Source of the DNA: an uncultured virus (IMG/VR IMGVR_UViG_3300022660_000071)
Lineage: Duplodnaviria; Heunggongvirae; Uroviricota; Caudoviricetes
IMG/VR virus record: IMGVR_UViG_3300022660_000071
Length of the DNA: 20,000 bases
Reading direction: 5' to 3' (one strand)
In this document: piece by piece, positions 10,044-17,450 of the stretch
How positions within the stretch are numbered: position 1 is the stretch's first letter
Layout of the letters: each line of letters opens with the position of its first letter
Made by a program: the position numbers and the translations under genes
Notes under the pieces: generated by a model
Databases searched by the model: none
Told to the model about the DNA's origin: nothing
The model's input: the letters and a program-made list of their open reading frames with translations, nothing else

Positions 10044-11465
10044 TTACATTTCCGCAAGAACATCTTCTGCTATTTCTGTGGTTGATTCTGTAAGCTTTTC
10101 AGAAATGATACCTTCTAAGACCTTAAATTCAAAGTTTTTATGTTTTACTGCTGCGAATTTAGGTCTATTAGTAATACGAACAACAACACCTTCTCTAGTG
10201 TGTGTCTTACCCACAGGGTCAGGTCCAGCATAAAAGTCTTCAGCACACTTTACTACCATATCACCAATAGTACCGTCACCAATTAAATAGTCATGGTCAT
10301 AACCGTCTTGTGTTACAAAATGTAGTCTATCTTCACTAATTGTAGCTTTACCGAAAACAGGAACACATTTAACGCCCATTTGTTCACAACGATACCTTAT
10401 AAAGTCTGGCGTATACTCAACAATTTCACCATCTTCATTAGTCATTGTCATACGGTAAACATAAGTATCTGATATTGGAACATCAACTGGAACTTTAAAA
10501 GCGCTAAGTTCATCTTCACCACACATAATGCACTCACCAGTTGGATTACAGCCGTAGCTAAATACAGTTTCTTTACCATACTGCTTTACAAAGTCTTTAC
10601 CAAGTTTTTCGTTATTACCATTACCCATAATAGGCGCACCAGTATGAGTAAAACCAACTACTTCGTAATAAACAGTTTCACCCTTCCAAAGCTTTCCAAC
10701 AAAAGCATTATGATGTTGTTCTCTGAATTCATTTGAGCCGTAGAAACCACCATCAAAAGTATCAAGAACTACACGACGGGTACCAGAAACATAGCCCCAA
10801 TCATAAATAGGTGTGCCAGGTCTTTTAAAAAGCTTATCAAAAAAAGTTCTCTTATAACCAGTCAAAACTTTAAGATGACCGGTACGTTGAGAAGTCCCGT
10901 GCATTTTTAGAGTAAACTCTAATTCATCACCGACCTTAAACATACCCAAGTTATAGGCAAGCTGTTCAGTGTCTGCGTGTTCTGCAAATAAAGGAGCAAT
11001 AGGCGCCTTAGTTTTTCTAGTACGATTTCCTTCAGAAAAACTGCCACGTCTAATATTAATTTTAGGTATGTACTTGGTGCAAATCTCTGTACCATTAAAC
11101 ACGTCGATTCGGTCGCCAGCCTTCAAAGTAGAAATATCACCAAAAGTTTCGAGACTATTCAAAGGAAGGAAAAGCCCATCAGACTTCTCACCTCTTAGTT
11201 TAATAGCCGCTACATTTCTTTTATCTGGGTCCATATATCCACCGATATTATTTCCTTCGGCATCTTTTTTACGAAGCAAGTTATTTGCCTCAGCAAAAGC
11301 TACTGAAAGCTGTCCACCTGTTGGAAAATATACACCAAGTTGGCCATCAGTATAAGTTAAGTCAACACAAATAGTATTACCAAATACTGAGGCAAGTTGA
11401 AGTCTGTCTGCATTAGGGTGCTTACGCACGTTTTTTAAAGCAGTTACAATAGCATAATAACTCAT
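10044..11465 (-). CDS. ATP-dependent RNA ligase with N-terminal OB/tRNA-binding-like domain (DRB0094/Rnl5- or Rnl2-like)
   Basis: N-terminal KHPNADRLQLA...KLRGEKSDGL; motif I TLKMHGTS, III YYEVVG, IV REGVVVR, V VKHKNFEF; likely start ATG 11465 after GAGGT. Confidence 0.88.
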   Translation of the reverse strand: MSYYAIVTALKNVRKHPNADRLQLASVFGNTICVDLTYTDGQLGVYFPTGGQLSVAFAEANNLLRKKDAEGNNIGGYMDPDKRNVAAIKLRGEKSDGLFLPLNSLETFGDISTLKAGDRIDVFNGTEICTKYIPKINIRRGSFSEGNRTRKTKAPIAPLFAEHADTEQLAYNLGMFKVGDELEFTLKMHGTSQRTGHLKVLTGYKRTFFDKLFKRPGTPIYDWGYVSGTRRVVLDTFDGGFYGSNEFREQHHNAFVGKLWKGETVYYEVVGFTHTGAPIMGNGNNEKLGKDFVKQYGKETVFSYGCNPTGECIMCGEDELSAFKVPVDVPISDTYVYRMTMTNEDGEIVEYTPDFIRYRCEQMGVKCVPVFGKATISEDRLHFVTQDGYDHDYLIGDGTIGDMVVKCAEDFYAGPDPVGKTHTREGVVVRITNRPKFAAVKHKNFEFKVLEGIISEKLTESTTEIAEDVLAEM

Positions 11466-11492
11466 ATTATTTAACCTCAATAATTATTTTTA

Positions 11493-11509
11493 TATTATAT
11501 AATACAATA
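11493..11509 (-). promoter_or_regulatory. Repeated phage promoter-like motif TATTGTATTATATAATA
   Basis: Identical copy at 14995-15011 and a 1-mismatch copy at 17451-17467; contains TATAAT; upstream of the ligase RBS. Confidence 0.6.
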
Positions 11510-11510
11510 T

Positions 11511-11798
11511 TTAGTAGAAAAAAGCATACATATTATTAATACAATTTTCTACATCTGTTATAAATTCTTCTTCAGTCTTATTGTGTAGTTTAAGTTGTTC
11601 TCTTACTATAGCTCTATATTCAGAACTAATATCTTTTGGGAAGTGTCCTGCGTTTGCAATATAACTTACTATACTGCTGTAGGGTTCTTTACCCGCCGTA
11701 AGACACTCTTCACAAATCGCGTATGAAAATGCGCCAAAACAACTACAAACACTTTCGCACTCTGCAGTTTTTCCACAGATATCGCAAGTATTAAGCAT
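11511..11798 (-). CDS. Hypothetical Cys-rich (CxxC) protein
   Basis: CDICG...CSC...CEEC; GGAGG RBS; overlaps the upstream stop. Confidence 0.75.
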   Translation of the reverse strand: MLNTCDICGKTAECESVCSCFGAFSYAICEECLTAGKEPYSSIVSYIANAGHFPKDISSEYRAIVREQLKLHNKTEEEFITDVENCINNMYAFFY

Positions 11799-12252
11799 TT
11801 TTATCTTCCTCCTTTAAAGTATCAATAATAAAGTCTGCAAATTCTACATAAGAACTAATCCAGTGCCACCAACAGTCATCGTGTTCTAGCTTAATCTTAG
11901 CTAGTAATCCGTTAGCTATAGCCCTTGACATTTTTGTAGAAGTTTCATATTTAAGAATGTAATCTATAACGGCTTTGTCTAAATTTACTTTGCTAATATA
12001 TCTAAGCTTTCTGTGTTTTTCACGGTCTTCGTCGAGCTTTTTATTATAAATTTCTACTTGTTCTCTGTTCCATTTTACGGATTTATCTTCATCAAAAACA
12101 AAACCTTCTGGCTTTTTACCTTCATAAGTATACGGATACATATTACAAATAGTTTCAAGTGCTCCAGGAATTTCGTTAACGTCTTCAATTATAAAATCTT
12201 TCATCACCCCGGTTTCTGGATCTATTGAATACTTATCTATTACACTTGCCAT
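11791..12252 (-). CDS. Hypothetical protein
   Basis: 153-aa ORF with AGGAG RBS in a tightly packed gene run. Confidence 0.75.
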   Translation of the reverse strand: MASVIDKYSIDPETGVMKDFIIEDVNEIPGALETICNMYPYTYEGKKPEGFVFDEDKSVKWNREQVEIYNKKLDEDREKHRKLRYISKVNLDKAVIDYILKYETSTKMSRAIANGLLAKIKLEHDDCWWHWISSYVEFADFIIDTLKEEDKNA

Positions 12253-12254
12253 AA

Positions 12255-12797
12255 TTAATCTCCTACTTTTTCTTTTAAATATTTTTCAGCAAAGAAATAT
12301 GCCATTTCTGCAACATCCACACTTGATTTCGGGTCAGCGAGTACTGCTCTAATTTTCTCTTCAAATGGATGTTGTGCTCGCCATTCTTCGGCTATTTTAT
12401 ACTGCTGTTTATTATATTCATAAAGCTCAGCCGTAGCCTCATCCCAAAGCTTTGCCCCAAATTCATTATAAAATTTATTAAGCTTTTCTTCATAACTATC
12501 AGAGGTGTCAAATAATTTTTTAACTATTATAAACAGCGGAATGAGTAGCAGTACTAATCCAAAACACGGTAATAACAAGCCAAAACTTCCTAAAATTATC
12601 GAAGCCACAAAAATTATTGCTCCACCGACGCATCCGATTAACCACGCGGATGAAGCGTATGTATTAGATTTCTTTTCATATAAAACTTCTTCAGGTGTTT
12701 CATCTCTGCACACTTCTACCTTTTCTACCTTAAAATAGTTTTTCTCAGGTACAAAAGTTTCTTTATTAATTGTTCTATAAATTTTTGCCATAATCAT
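12255..12797 (-). CDS. Hypothetical membrane protein (2 TM)
   Basis: Hydrophobic segment aa ~50-92; GAGG RBS. Confidence 0.75.
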   Translation of the reverse strand: MIMAKIYRTINKETFVPEKNYFKVEKVEVCRDETPEEVLYEKKSNTYASSAWLIGCVGGAIIFVASIILGSFGLLLPCFGLVLLLIPLFIIVKKLFDTSDSYEEKLNKFYNEFGAKLWDEATAELYEYNKQQYKIAEEWRAQHPFEEKIRAVLADPKSSVDVAEMAYFFAEKYLKEKVGD

Positions 12798-12806
12798 TTA
12801 TCCTCA

Positions 12807-12917
12807 CTATCCCAACGTTCGCCATTTTTCACAGTGCTCGCAGGTTATTTCTTCTTGAAGTTTTGCGTCAAGCTTATTCACAGCTGCTTGAACTACATGC
12901 CGTTTTATTTTACTCGT
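12807..12917 (-). CDS. Possible 36-aa CxxC microprotein with ACG start, or start-mutated pseudogene
   Basis: GGAGG RBS, 9 nt spacer, then ACG AGT AAA... giving (M/T)SKIKRHVVQAAVNKLDAKLQEEITCEHCEKWRTLG*. Confidence 0.4.
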   Translation of the reverse strand, partial: TSKIKRHVVQAAVNKLDAKLQEEITCEHCEKWRTLG

Positions 12918-12970
12918 AGCTTAGGTCCTCCAAATTATATAATATTATACAGTACAAAGCTAGACAAAAT

Positions 12971-13001
12971 AAAAGAACTGATAAAATTTACCAGCTCTTT
13001 T
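12971..13001 (-). terminator. Probable intrinsic terminator after the 13008-13466 ORF
   Basis: Minus-strand hairpin AAAAGAGCTGGT...ATCAGTTCTTTT followed by a T-rich tail. Confidence 0.5.
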
Positions 13002-13007
13002 AATTAA

Positions 13008-13466
13008 TTATTTTTTAGTTCTTTGATACTTGTGTCTATAATTCCAACAAAAATCTACTAGCTCATCAAAATTAAACTTAAGCTGGTCATAAACATCTAT
13101 TTTAACAGTACCATCTCGCCAGCCATATTCTTTTATCATTTTTTCTGCAAAAGCTGGCCAATTCAAGTCAGTTCTATCTGTAATATCCACTGCATAATTC
13201 TCTAGGTCTCTAACCCCTACCCAAGGCTTTGCAAAAACTCTTCCATTTTCTATATAAAGAATCATTTCGTATTGGCACTTAGACCAGTACTGATACATTA
13301 AGTCTCTATTTAATTTATCCGCAAATTCTTCTTTAGTATTATATTTCTTTTTTAGCTCTTTAACTAGCTTCTCACGATATTTTAAAACATCATATTCTTC
13401 TAATTTTTTACTGTTTATATCAAATAATAATACTTTCCAGCTAAAAGGTGGTCTAGTTTCTTTCAT
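13008..13466 (-). CDS. Hypothetical phage protein
   Basis: 152 aa; AGGAG RBS; YWSKCQYE...KIDVYDQL pattern typical of phage hypotheticals. Confidence 0.8.
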   Translation of the reverse strand: MKETRPPFSWKVLLFDINSKKLEEYDVLKYREKLVKELKKKYNTKEEFADKLNRDLMYQYWSKCQYEMILYIENGRVFAKPWVGVRDLENYAVDITDRTDLNWPAFAEKMIKEYGWRDGTVKIDVYDQLKFNFDELVDFCWNYRHKYQRTKK

Positions 13467-13479
13467 AGAATCTCCTATT

Positions 13480-13513
13480 TTTGTAACAAATATTATATAA
13501 TTTTTGTTACAAA
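13480..13513. promoter_or_regulatory. Putative operator: inverted pair of TTTGTWACAAA boxes flanking a TATAAT-containing spacer
   Basis: TTTGTAACAAA 13480-13490 and TTTGTTACAAA 13503-13513, just upstream of the RBS of 13466. Confidence 0.45.
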
Positions 13514-13555
13514 TTTAAACGTCATTAGAAGCCCAAATTTGGCTCAGATTGAGTT

Positions 13556-14155
13556 TTATTCTGTACAATTACAGTTTTTATTACCACCACGCTTTGTTTC
13601 TTTATGACATGAATTACAGCCGCTCTTTACAACATTAGAACCAGACTTAGGAGGTGGTGGCGGACACTCTTCACCAGAAGTTGGTCGGTATCCGTAGATA
13701 TTCATATTATACTTTTTTAAATCCTCAGGTGTAAGTTGTAGAGTACCAATAGTGCTGCTGTTATCATTAATACTAATTGTGGCCGTAGTGGTAGTATCAC
13801 AAGTCACTTTCATAGGATTTTTAGCACACCAGGTGCAGGGAGTATCGCCAACATACCAGTTAATTCCATCGGTTGTCATTCTCTTCCACCAATCACAATC
13901 ACTACAAGGGTTTAGCGCTGTGTCAGAGGGAGTATTACAAGGAATTGGTGAGCTATTAGGCCAAGGCCAACCAATATTACCAATGTTTATATAGCACTGA
14001 TTTCCACAGTCAGGGCATATTACAAATCTAGCAGAAGACGCCGTTAAATTAAAGCTATCTTGCTTTATATCTTCATATTCATATGTAAACTCACAGCCGC
14101 AGCGACTACAAGTATGAGTGAATTCTGTTTGTCCATGTTTAATAACTTTAATCAT
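13556..14155 (-). CDS. Cys-rich zinc-ribbon-like hypothetical protein
   Basis: CSRCGC, CPDCG, CSDC, CTWC, CNSC; Pro/Thr-rich linkers. Confidence 0.7.
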   Translation of the reverse strand: MIKVIKHGQTEFTHTCSRCGCEFTYEYEDIKQDSFNLTASSARFVICPDCGNQCYINIGNIGWPWPNSSPIPCNTPSDTALNPCSDCDWWKRMTTDGINWYVGDTPCTWCAKNPMKVTCDTTTTATISINDNSSTIGTLQLTPEDLKKYNMNIYGYRPTSGEECPPPPPKSGSNVVKSGCNSCHKETKRGGNKNCNCTE

Positions 14156-14160
14156 ATGTA

Positions 14161-14757
14161 TTACTCCTTCGAGTCAGCTGCTAACCACTTATAAACATCA
14201 GACTTAGTTAACCACGATATTCCGAAGAAAAGTAAAGCGATAGCTTCTGTTAACCAGATTTTAATCGAAAATCCTGGAATTAATAAAATTAAAAATGATG
14301 CTACCATACCACAACCGCAGACTCTGTAGATAATATTACGTGTCTTTTTCTGTTTTGTCATATTTCCAGATGTTTTTGTAAATTGGAAAATGGATATATA
14401 AGATAATATAATAAAAAATAATACTGCAGAAATCATATGTAAAGTGCTATTAAGTTCTGTACTGAGTCTAAAAGTACCACCAGCATCACATGGGAAAAAA
14501 CAAATACATAAACCTAAGACACCAGCAGCAGTATTCAAGATATCATCAGTTTTATCATAGCCATCATAATACATAAGTAAAATTGAAGCCGATCCCAAAA
14601 TAATCATAAATGGCACAATACACTCATCACGGTAATAGGTAGCTGAAATAGATTCAGGAAAACTATAACCAAAAGCTAGTGATAAGATAACCACAATCCA
14701 AGGAAGCAACATTGCTAACCAGCCAATAAAACATCTTAATCTTTTAACATTAATCAT
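14161..14757 (-). CDS. Multi-pass membrane protein (DUF998-like)
   Basis: About 6 hydrophobic helices; SISATYY, LHMISAVLFF, EAIALLFFGISWL. Confidence 0.75.
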   Translation of the reverse strand: MINVKRLRCFIGWLAMLLPWIVVILSLAFGYSFPESISATYYRDECIVPFMIILGSASILLMYYDGYDKTDDILNTAAGVLGLCICFFPCDAGGTFRLSTELNSTLHMISAVLFFIILSYISIFQFTKTSGNMTKQKKTRNIIYRVCGCGMVASFLILLIPGFSIKIWLTEAIALLFFGISWLTKSDVYKWLAADSKE

Positions 14758-14974
14758 TTATAATAACTCCTTTATTTTCTGAATTATCTTCAGAGTTTTT
14801 TGATTTGACTTCATAAACAGGTACCCACTCAACAGCAAAAAGTAAAAATAATAACCACAAGCATTTAAGATTACTTGTAGAAACTACCATAAAAGCTACA
14901 AAAGCAAGAACGCCTATAATAGCTAACAATCTGCAAACTATTGAAAATATAATAAAACTGTTATAATTTTTCAT
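14750..14974 (-). CDS. Small membrane protein
   Basis: 74 aa, two hydrophobic segments, AGGAG RBS. Confidence 0.75.
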   Translation of the reverse strand: MKNYNSFIIFSIVCRLLAIIGVLAFVAFMVVSTSNLKCLWLLFLLFAVEWVPVYEVKSKNSEDNSENKGVIIND

Positions 14975-14994
14975 TTAATACTCCTAAAATTTAT

Positions 14995-15011
14995 TATTAT
15001 ATAATACAATA
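14995..15011 (-). promoter_or_regulatory. Repeated promoter-like motif TATTGTATTATATAATA
   Basis: Exact match to 11493-11509; upstream of the 14974 ORF. Confidence 0.6.
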
Positions 15012-15021
15012 AAAATAATAA

Positions 15022-15060
15022 AAAAAGAAAGCTACCCAAAAAATGAATAACTTTCTTTTT
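15022..15060 (-). terminator. Probable terminator closing the tRNA array
   Basis: Minus strand AAAAAGAAAGTTATTCA...TGGGTAGCTTTCTTTTTTT hairpin with U-tract, 2 nt after the CCA of tRNA-Thr. Confidence 0.55.
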
Positions 15061-15062
15061 AG

Positions 15063-15257
15063 TGGAGCTTCAGAACGGAATTGAACCATCAACCTGCTGA
15101 TTACTGGACGCCGATACAAGATTTGAACTTGTTTATCTTAACCTAAACAATTTGATCGTAATTGTTATCAAAGGTTGTCTTTTACCTGGGATTCGGTTGT
15201 TTTCCCAATTAAACTAATCGACGAAGTCAGCTGCTCTGCCAGTTGAGCTACTGAAGC
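15063..15257 (-). tRNA. tRNA-Thr(UGU) interrupted between U34 and G35 by a 119-nt tRNA-like insert
   Basis: 5' half 15257-15224 GCTTCAG TA GCTC AACTGGCA GAGC A GCTGA CTT plus 3' half 15104-15063 GTAA TCAGC AGGTT GATGG TTCAATT CCGTT CTGAAGC T CCA give a 76-nt cloverleaf. Confidence 0.85.
15105..15223 (-). ncRNA. Nested tRNA-like element with CCA end, aberrant anticodon arm and long extra arm
   Basis: Acceptor CGTCGAT/ATCGGCG, TA, D arm GTTT-AATTGGGA-AAAC, T arm ACAAG-TTCAAAT-CTTGT, then T-CCA. Confidence 0.8.
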
Positions 15258-15261
15258 ATAA

Positions 15262-15337
15262 TGGGTGCAAAGATTGGATTCGAACCAATGATTTCCGACT
15301 TATGAGGACGGCGAGATGACCACTTCTCTACTCTGCA
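15262..15337 (-). tRNA. tRNA with CAU anticodon (Met/fMet-like)
   Basis: TGCAGAG/CTTTGCA acceptor, loop CTCATAA, TTCGAAT T-loop, CCA; A11-U24 pair is initiator-like. Confidence 0.85.
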
Positions 15338-15538
15338 ATATTGAATTAAAAATAACAGGCTCAACTAATCTTTAGTGCCTGGCACATACGTCCAGGAGTA
15401 TATGTATCTTCAATAGAAATAAGTATGAGCTCTAAGTTATTTTTATAATGGCCTGACTAAGTTAAATCCATATTTATTTTTATCCTCAGAAATAAGTTCA
15501 GGCTCTAATTTATATATTTAAATTATTTACTGTTTTTA

Positions 15539-15613
15539 TGGTAGCCCCAAGGAGAATCGAACTCCTGATTCCGCCGTGAGAGGGCGGCGTCTTAACCGCT
15601 TGACCATGAGGCC
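15539..15613 (-). tRNA. tRNA-Glu(CUC)
   Basis: CCGCC-CTCTCAC-GGCGG arm, TTCGATT, CCA. Confidence 0.92.
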
Positions 15614-15742
15614 AGGTAAGGTGAGATTTGATTATCTGGTACTCACCTATGTAAGTCTCTGTCTTAGCTTACACCACTGTTCACCATAATAGTCTTTATG
15701 CAACAGTTCTTATTGTCCTAGTGACTATCTCAAATAAGCGCT

Positions 15743-15804
15743 TGGTTATCATTGTAAGAATTGAACTTACTCTGCCATTGGAGTGCTCCGTACACTAACT
15801 GATA
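15743..15804 (-). ncRNA. 62-nt mini tRNA-like RNA lacking an anticodon arm
   Basis: TATCAGT/AATGATA acceptor (1 mismatch), D-like GTG-TACGGAG-CAC, T arm GTAAG-TTCAATT-CTTAC, ACCA. Confidence 0.55.
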
Positions 15805-15818
15805 ATATAGAGATTGGA

Positions 15819-16040
15819 TTAGATCCTATTTATAATGAATACTAATCCATTAGTGCAAATAAATTCTTGCAAGTGTTTTCTAGCATCTCTATAAATCAAC
15901 TCTCTTACTTCAGCATCAAGACTAGTTAGTTCTTTTTCCATTAATCTCATACCTGATTCTCTTGATTTAAGGATTCTTTTTGACAATACTTGATCATCAT
16001 TTGCACTGATCTCTAAGAATAGATATTTGTGTTTTAACAT
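15819..16040 (-). CDS. Hypothetical protein embedded in the tRNA array
   Basis: AAGGAG RBS; ATG 16040; 73 aa. Confidence 0.65.
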   Translation of the reverse strand: MLKHKYLFLEISANDDQVLSKRILKSRESGMRLMEKELTSLDAEVRELIYRDARKHLQEFICTNGLVFIINRI

Positions 16041-16101
16041 AATACACAATCTCCTTTATATAAAATATTTTATTGTCTTAGAGATATAAGTTTTAATTTA
16101 G

Positions 16102-16176
16102 TGGCTGGTAGGGAGGGAGTTGAACCCACCTAAGGCAGATTAACAGTCTGCTGCCTATCCGCTAGGCTACCTACCA
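16102..16176 (-). tRNA. tRNA-Asn(GUU)
   Basis: GCAGA-CTGTTAA-TCTGC, G73, CCA. Confidence 0.9.
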
Positions 16177-16253
16177 ATCTGTTTATAACCTACTTACTGT
16201 ACGGCGTAGGTCAAGCCGTGAAGGTTTAAAGTATTATACAACCAACAACTTCC

Positions 16254-16330
16254 TGGTACCCAGTACGTGATTCGAACACGCGAATGCCACCGTGAAAGGG
16301 TGGTGAGTTAAGCCTCTTCTCCAACTGGGC
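16254..16330 (-). tRNA. tRNA-Glu(UUC)
   Basis: CCACC-CTTTCAC-GGTGG, TTCGAAT, CCA. Confidence 0.92.
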
Positions 16331-16391
16331 ATAAAGTGAGGTAATTTGTTGCTAGTTTTACTCGGGGCACTTCCCACGAAACCTCATACTA

Positions 16392-16466
16392 TGGCTGGGG
16401 AAGCAGGATTCGAACCTACGAGTACTGGAGTCAGAATCCAGGGCCTTACCGCTTGGCGACTCCCCA
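16392..16466 (-). tRNA. tRNA-Gln(CUG)
   Basis: CTGGA-TTCTGAC-TCCAG, U1-A72, G73, CCA. Confidence 0.92.
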
Positions 16467-16630
16467 AAATATAACACAATACTAATGACCTTAGGTAGAG
16501 TTAGGTCAACAAAGTCTAATACCTATGTAACTTCAGCATTAGAAAAATCCTATTAGCTCTTTGGTGGGTTACCCCTATCAGTTACCTTAGAATACATTAA
16601 CCTCAATATTCTTCGTTATATTGTGTTTAT

Positions 16631-16705
16631 TGGCGGTCCTTAGGAGAGTTGAACTCCTCTCTGCGAAGTGACAGTCCGCTATACTAACCGATATACTAAA
16701 GGACC
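16631..16705 (-). tRNA. tRNA-Asp(GUC)
   Basis: GCGGA-CTGTCAC-TTCGC, G73, CCA. Confidence 0.92.
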
Positions 16706-16714
16706 ATATTATTT

Positions 16715-16797
16715 TGGTGGGGGTGACAGGAGTTGAACCTGCACGCTTACGCACCAGATCCTAAGTCTGGCGTGTCTGCCAATTTCACCACACCCCC
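16715..16797 (-). tRNA. tRNA-Leu(UAG)
   Basis: CCAGA-CTTAGGA-TCTGG, variable arm, A73, CCA. Confidence 0.92.
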
Positions 16798-16922
16798 ATA
16801 AAACGTACAATAAAGTCTTGCACTCGCTACACATCTAGCATTTAATTTCATACATAGATTAATACGCTATACTAACCTACGTAGGCTTGTTGTAGTGCTG
16901 ATATTTGTTACTTATCTACTAG

Positions 16923-16999
16923 TGGTGGACCCAGTCGGATTCGAACCGACGACCTTTTCCTTGCAAGGGAAACCATCTAGCCAGCTGATATATGGGCCC
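16923..16999 (-). tRNA. tRNA-Ala(UGC)
   Basis: TTTCC-CTTGCAA-GGAAA, G3:U70, CCA. Confidence 0.92.
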
Positions 17000-17006
17000 G
17001 TAAGGT

Positions 17007-17318
17007 TTAGCCTCTATAAAATAGAGCTAATATAAAATAACTTAAACGTCTAAATAAACTCTCATTCTCATTAAGGTCTACTGAAGAAGTTTGAGCTACT
17101 TTGTATTTCATACCACATAAAAAATTATGTGTTTTCCATTCTCTAATCCAACTAGCCATACTGCGTTTATAGGTAATTCCGCGTTTAGCAGCTCTGGCTA
17201 CAACATATCTTAAAGCTTCTTCCATTTCGGCGCTATTTTTAACTTTATATGAATTTTTTATATGAATATTATTTTCGTTGTAAGAGATTGACTTACCTTT
17301 ATAAATTATAGTATACAT
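17007..17318 (-). CDS. Hypothetical protein embedded in the tRNA array
   Basis: Real start probably ATG 17318 (MYTIIYKGKS), since the longer track start overlaps tRNA-Ser; 103 aa with WIREWKTHN motif. Confidence 0.7.
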   Translation of the reverse strand: MYTIIYKGKSISYNENNIHIKNSYKVKNSAEMEEALRYVVARAAKRGITYKRSMASWIREWKTHNFLCGMKYKVAQTSSVDLNENESLFRRLSYFILALFYRG

Positions 17319-17353
17319 TAATAGCCCCAAAATAAATTTTAATATATAGTAAT

Positions 17354-17447
17354 TGGCGGAGGGGGAGAGACTCGAACTCTCGCGACGGCTCATCACCGCC
17401 CTAACGCGTTAGCAGTGCGTCCTCTTCACCAACTTGAGTACCCCTCC
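17354..17447 (-). tRNA. tRNA-Ser(GCU)
   Basis: Loop CTGCTAA, long variable arm, G73, CCA. Confidence 0.92.
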
Positions 17448-17450
17448 AGA

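Noticed and set aside
7197..13994. Plus-strand ORFs at 7197, 9008, 10969, 12013, 12505 and 13752
   Set aside because: Lie antisense to well-supported minus-strand genes
15105..15223. Group I or bulge-helix-bulge intron in tRNA-Thr
   Set aside because: The 34/35 site after U resembles group I tRNA-Leu introns, but the insert is only 119 nt, ends in CCA rather than G, shows no recognisable P7 core and folds as a tRNA; no BHB motif at the junctions
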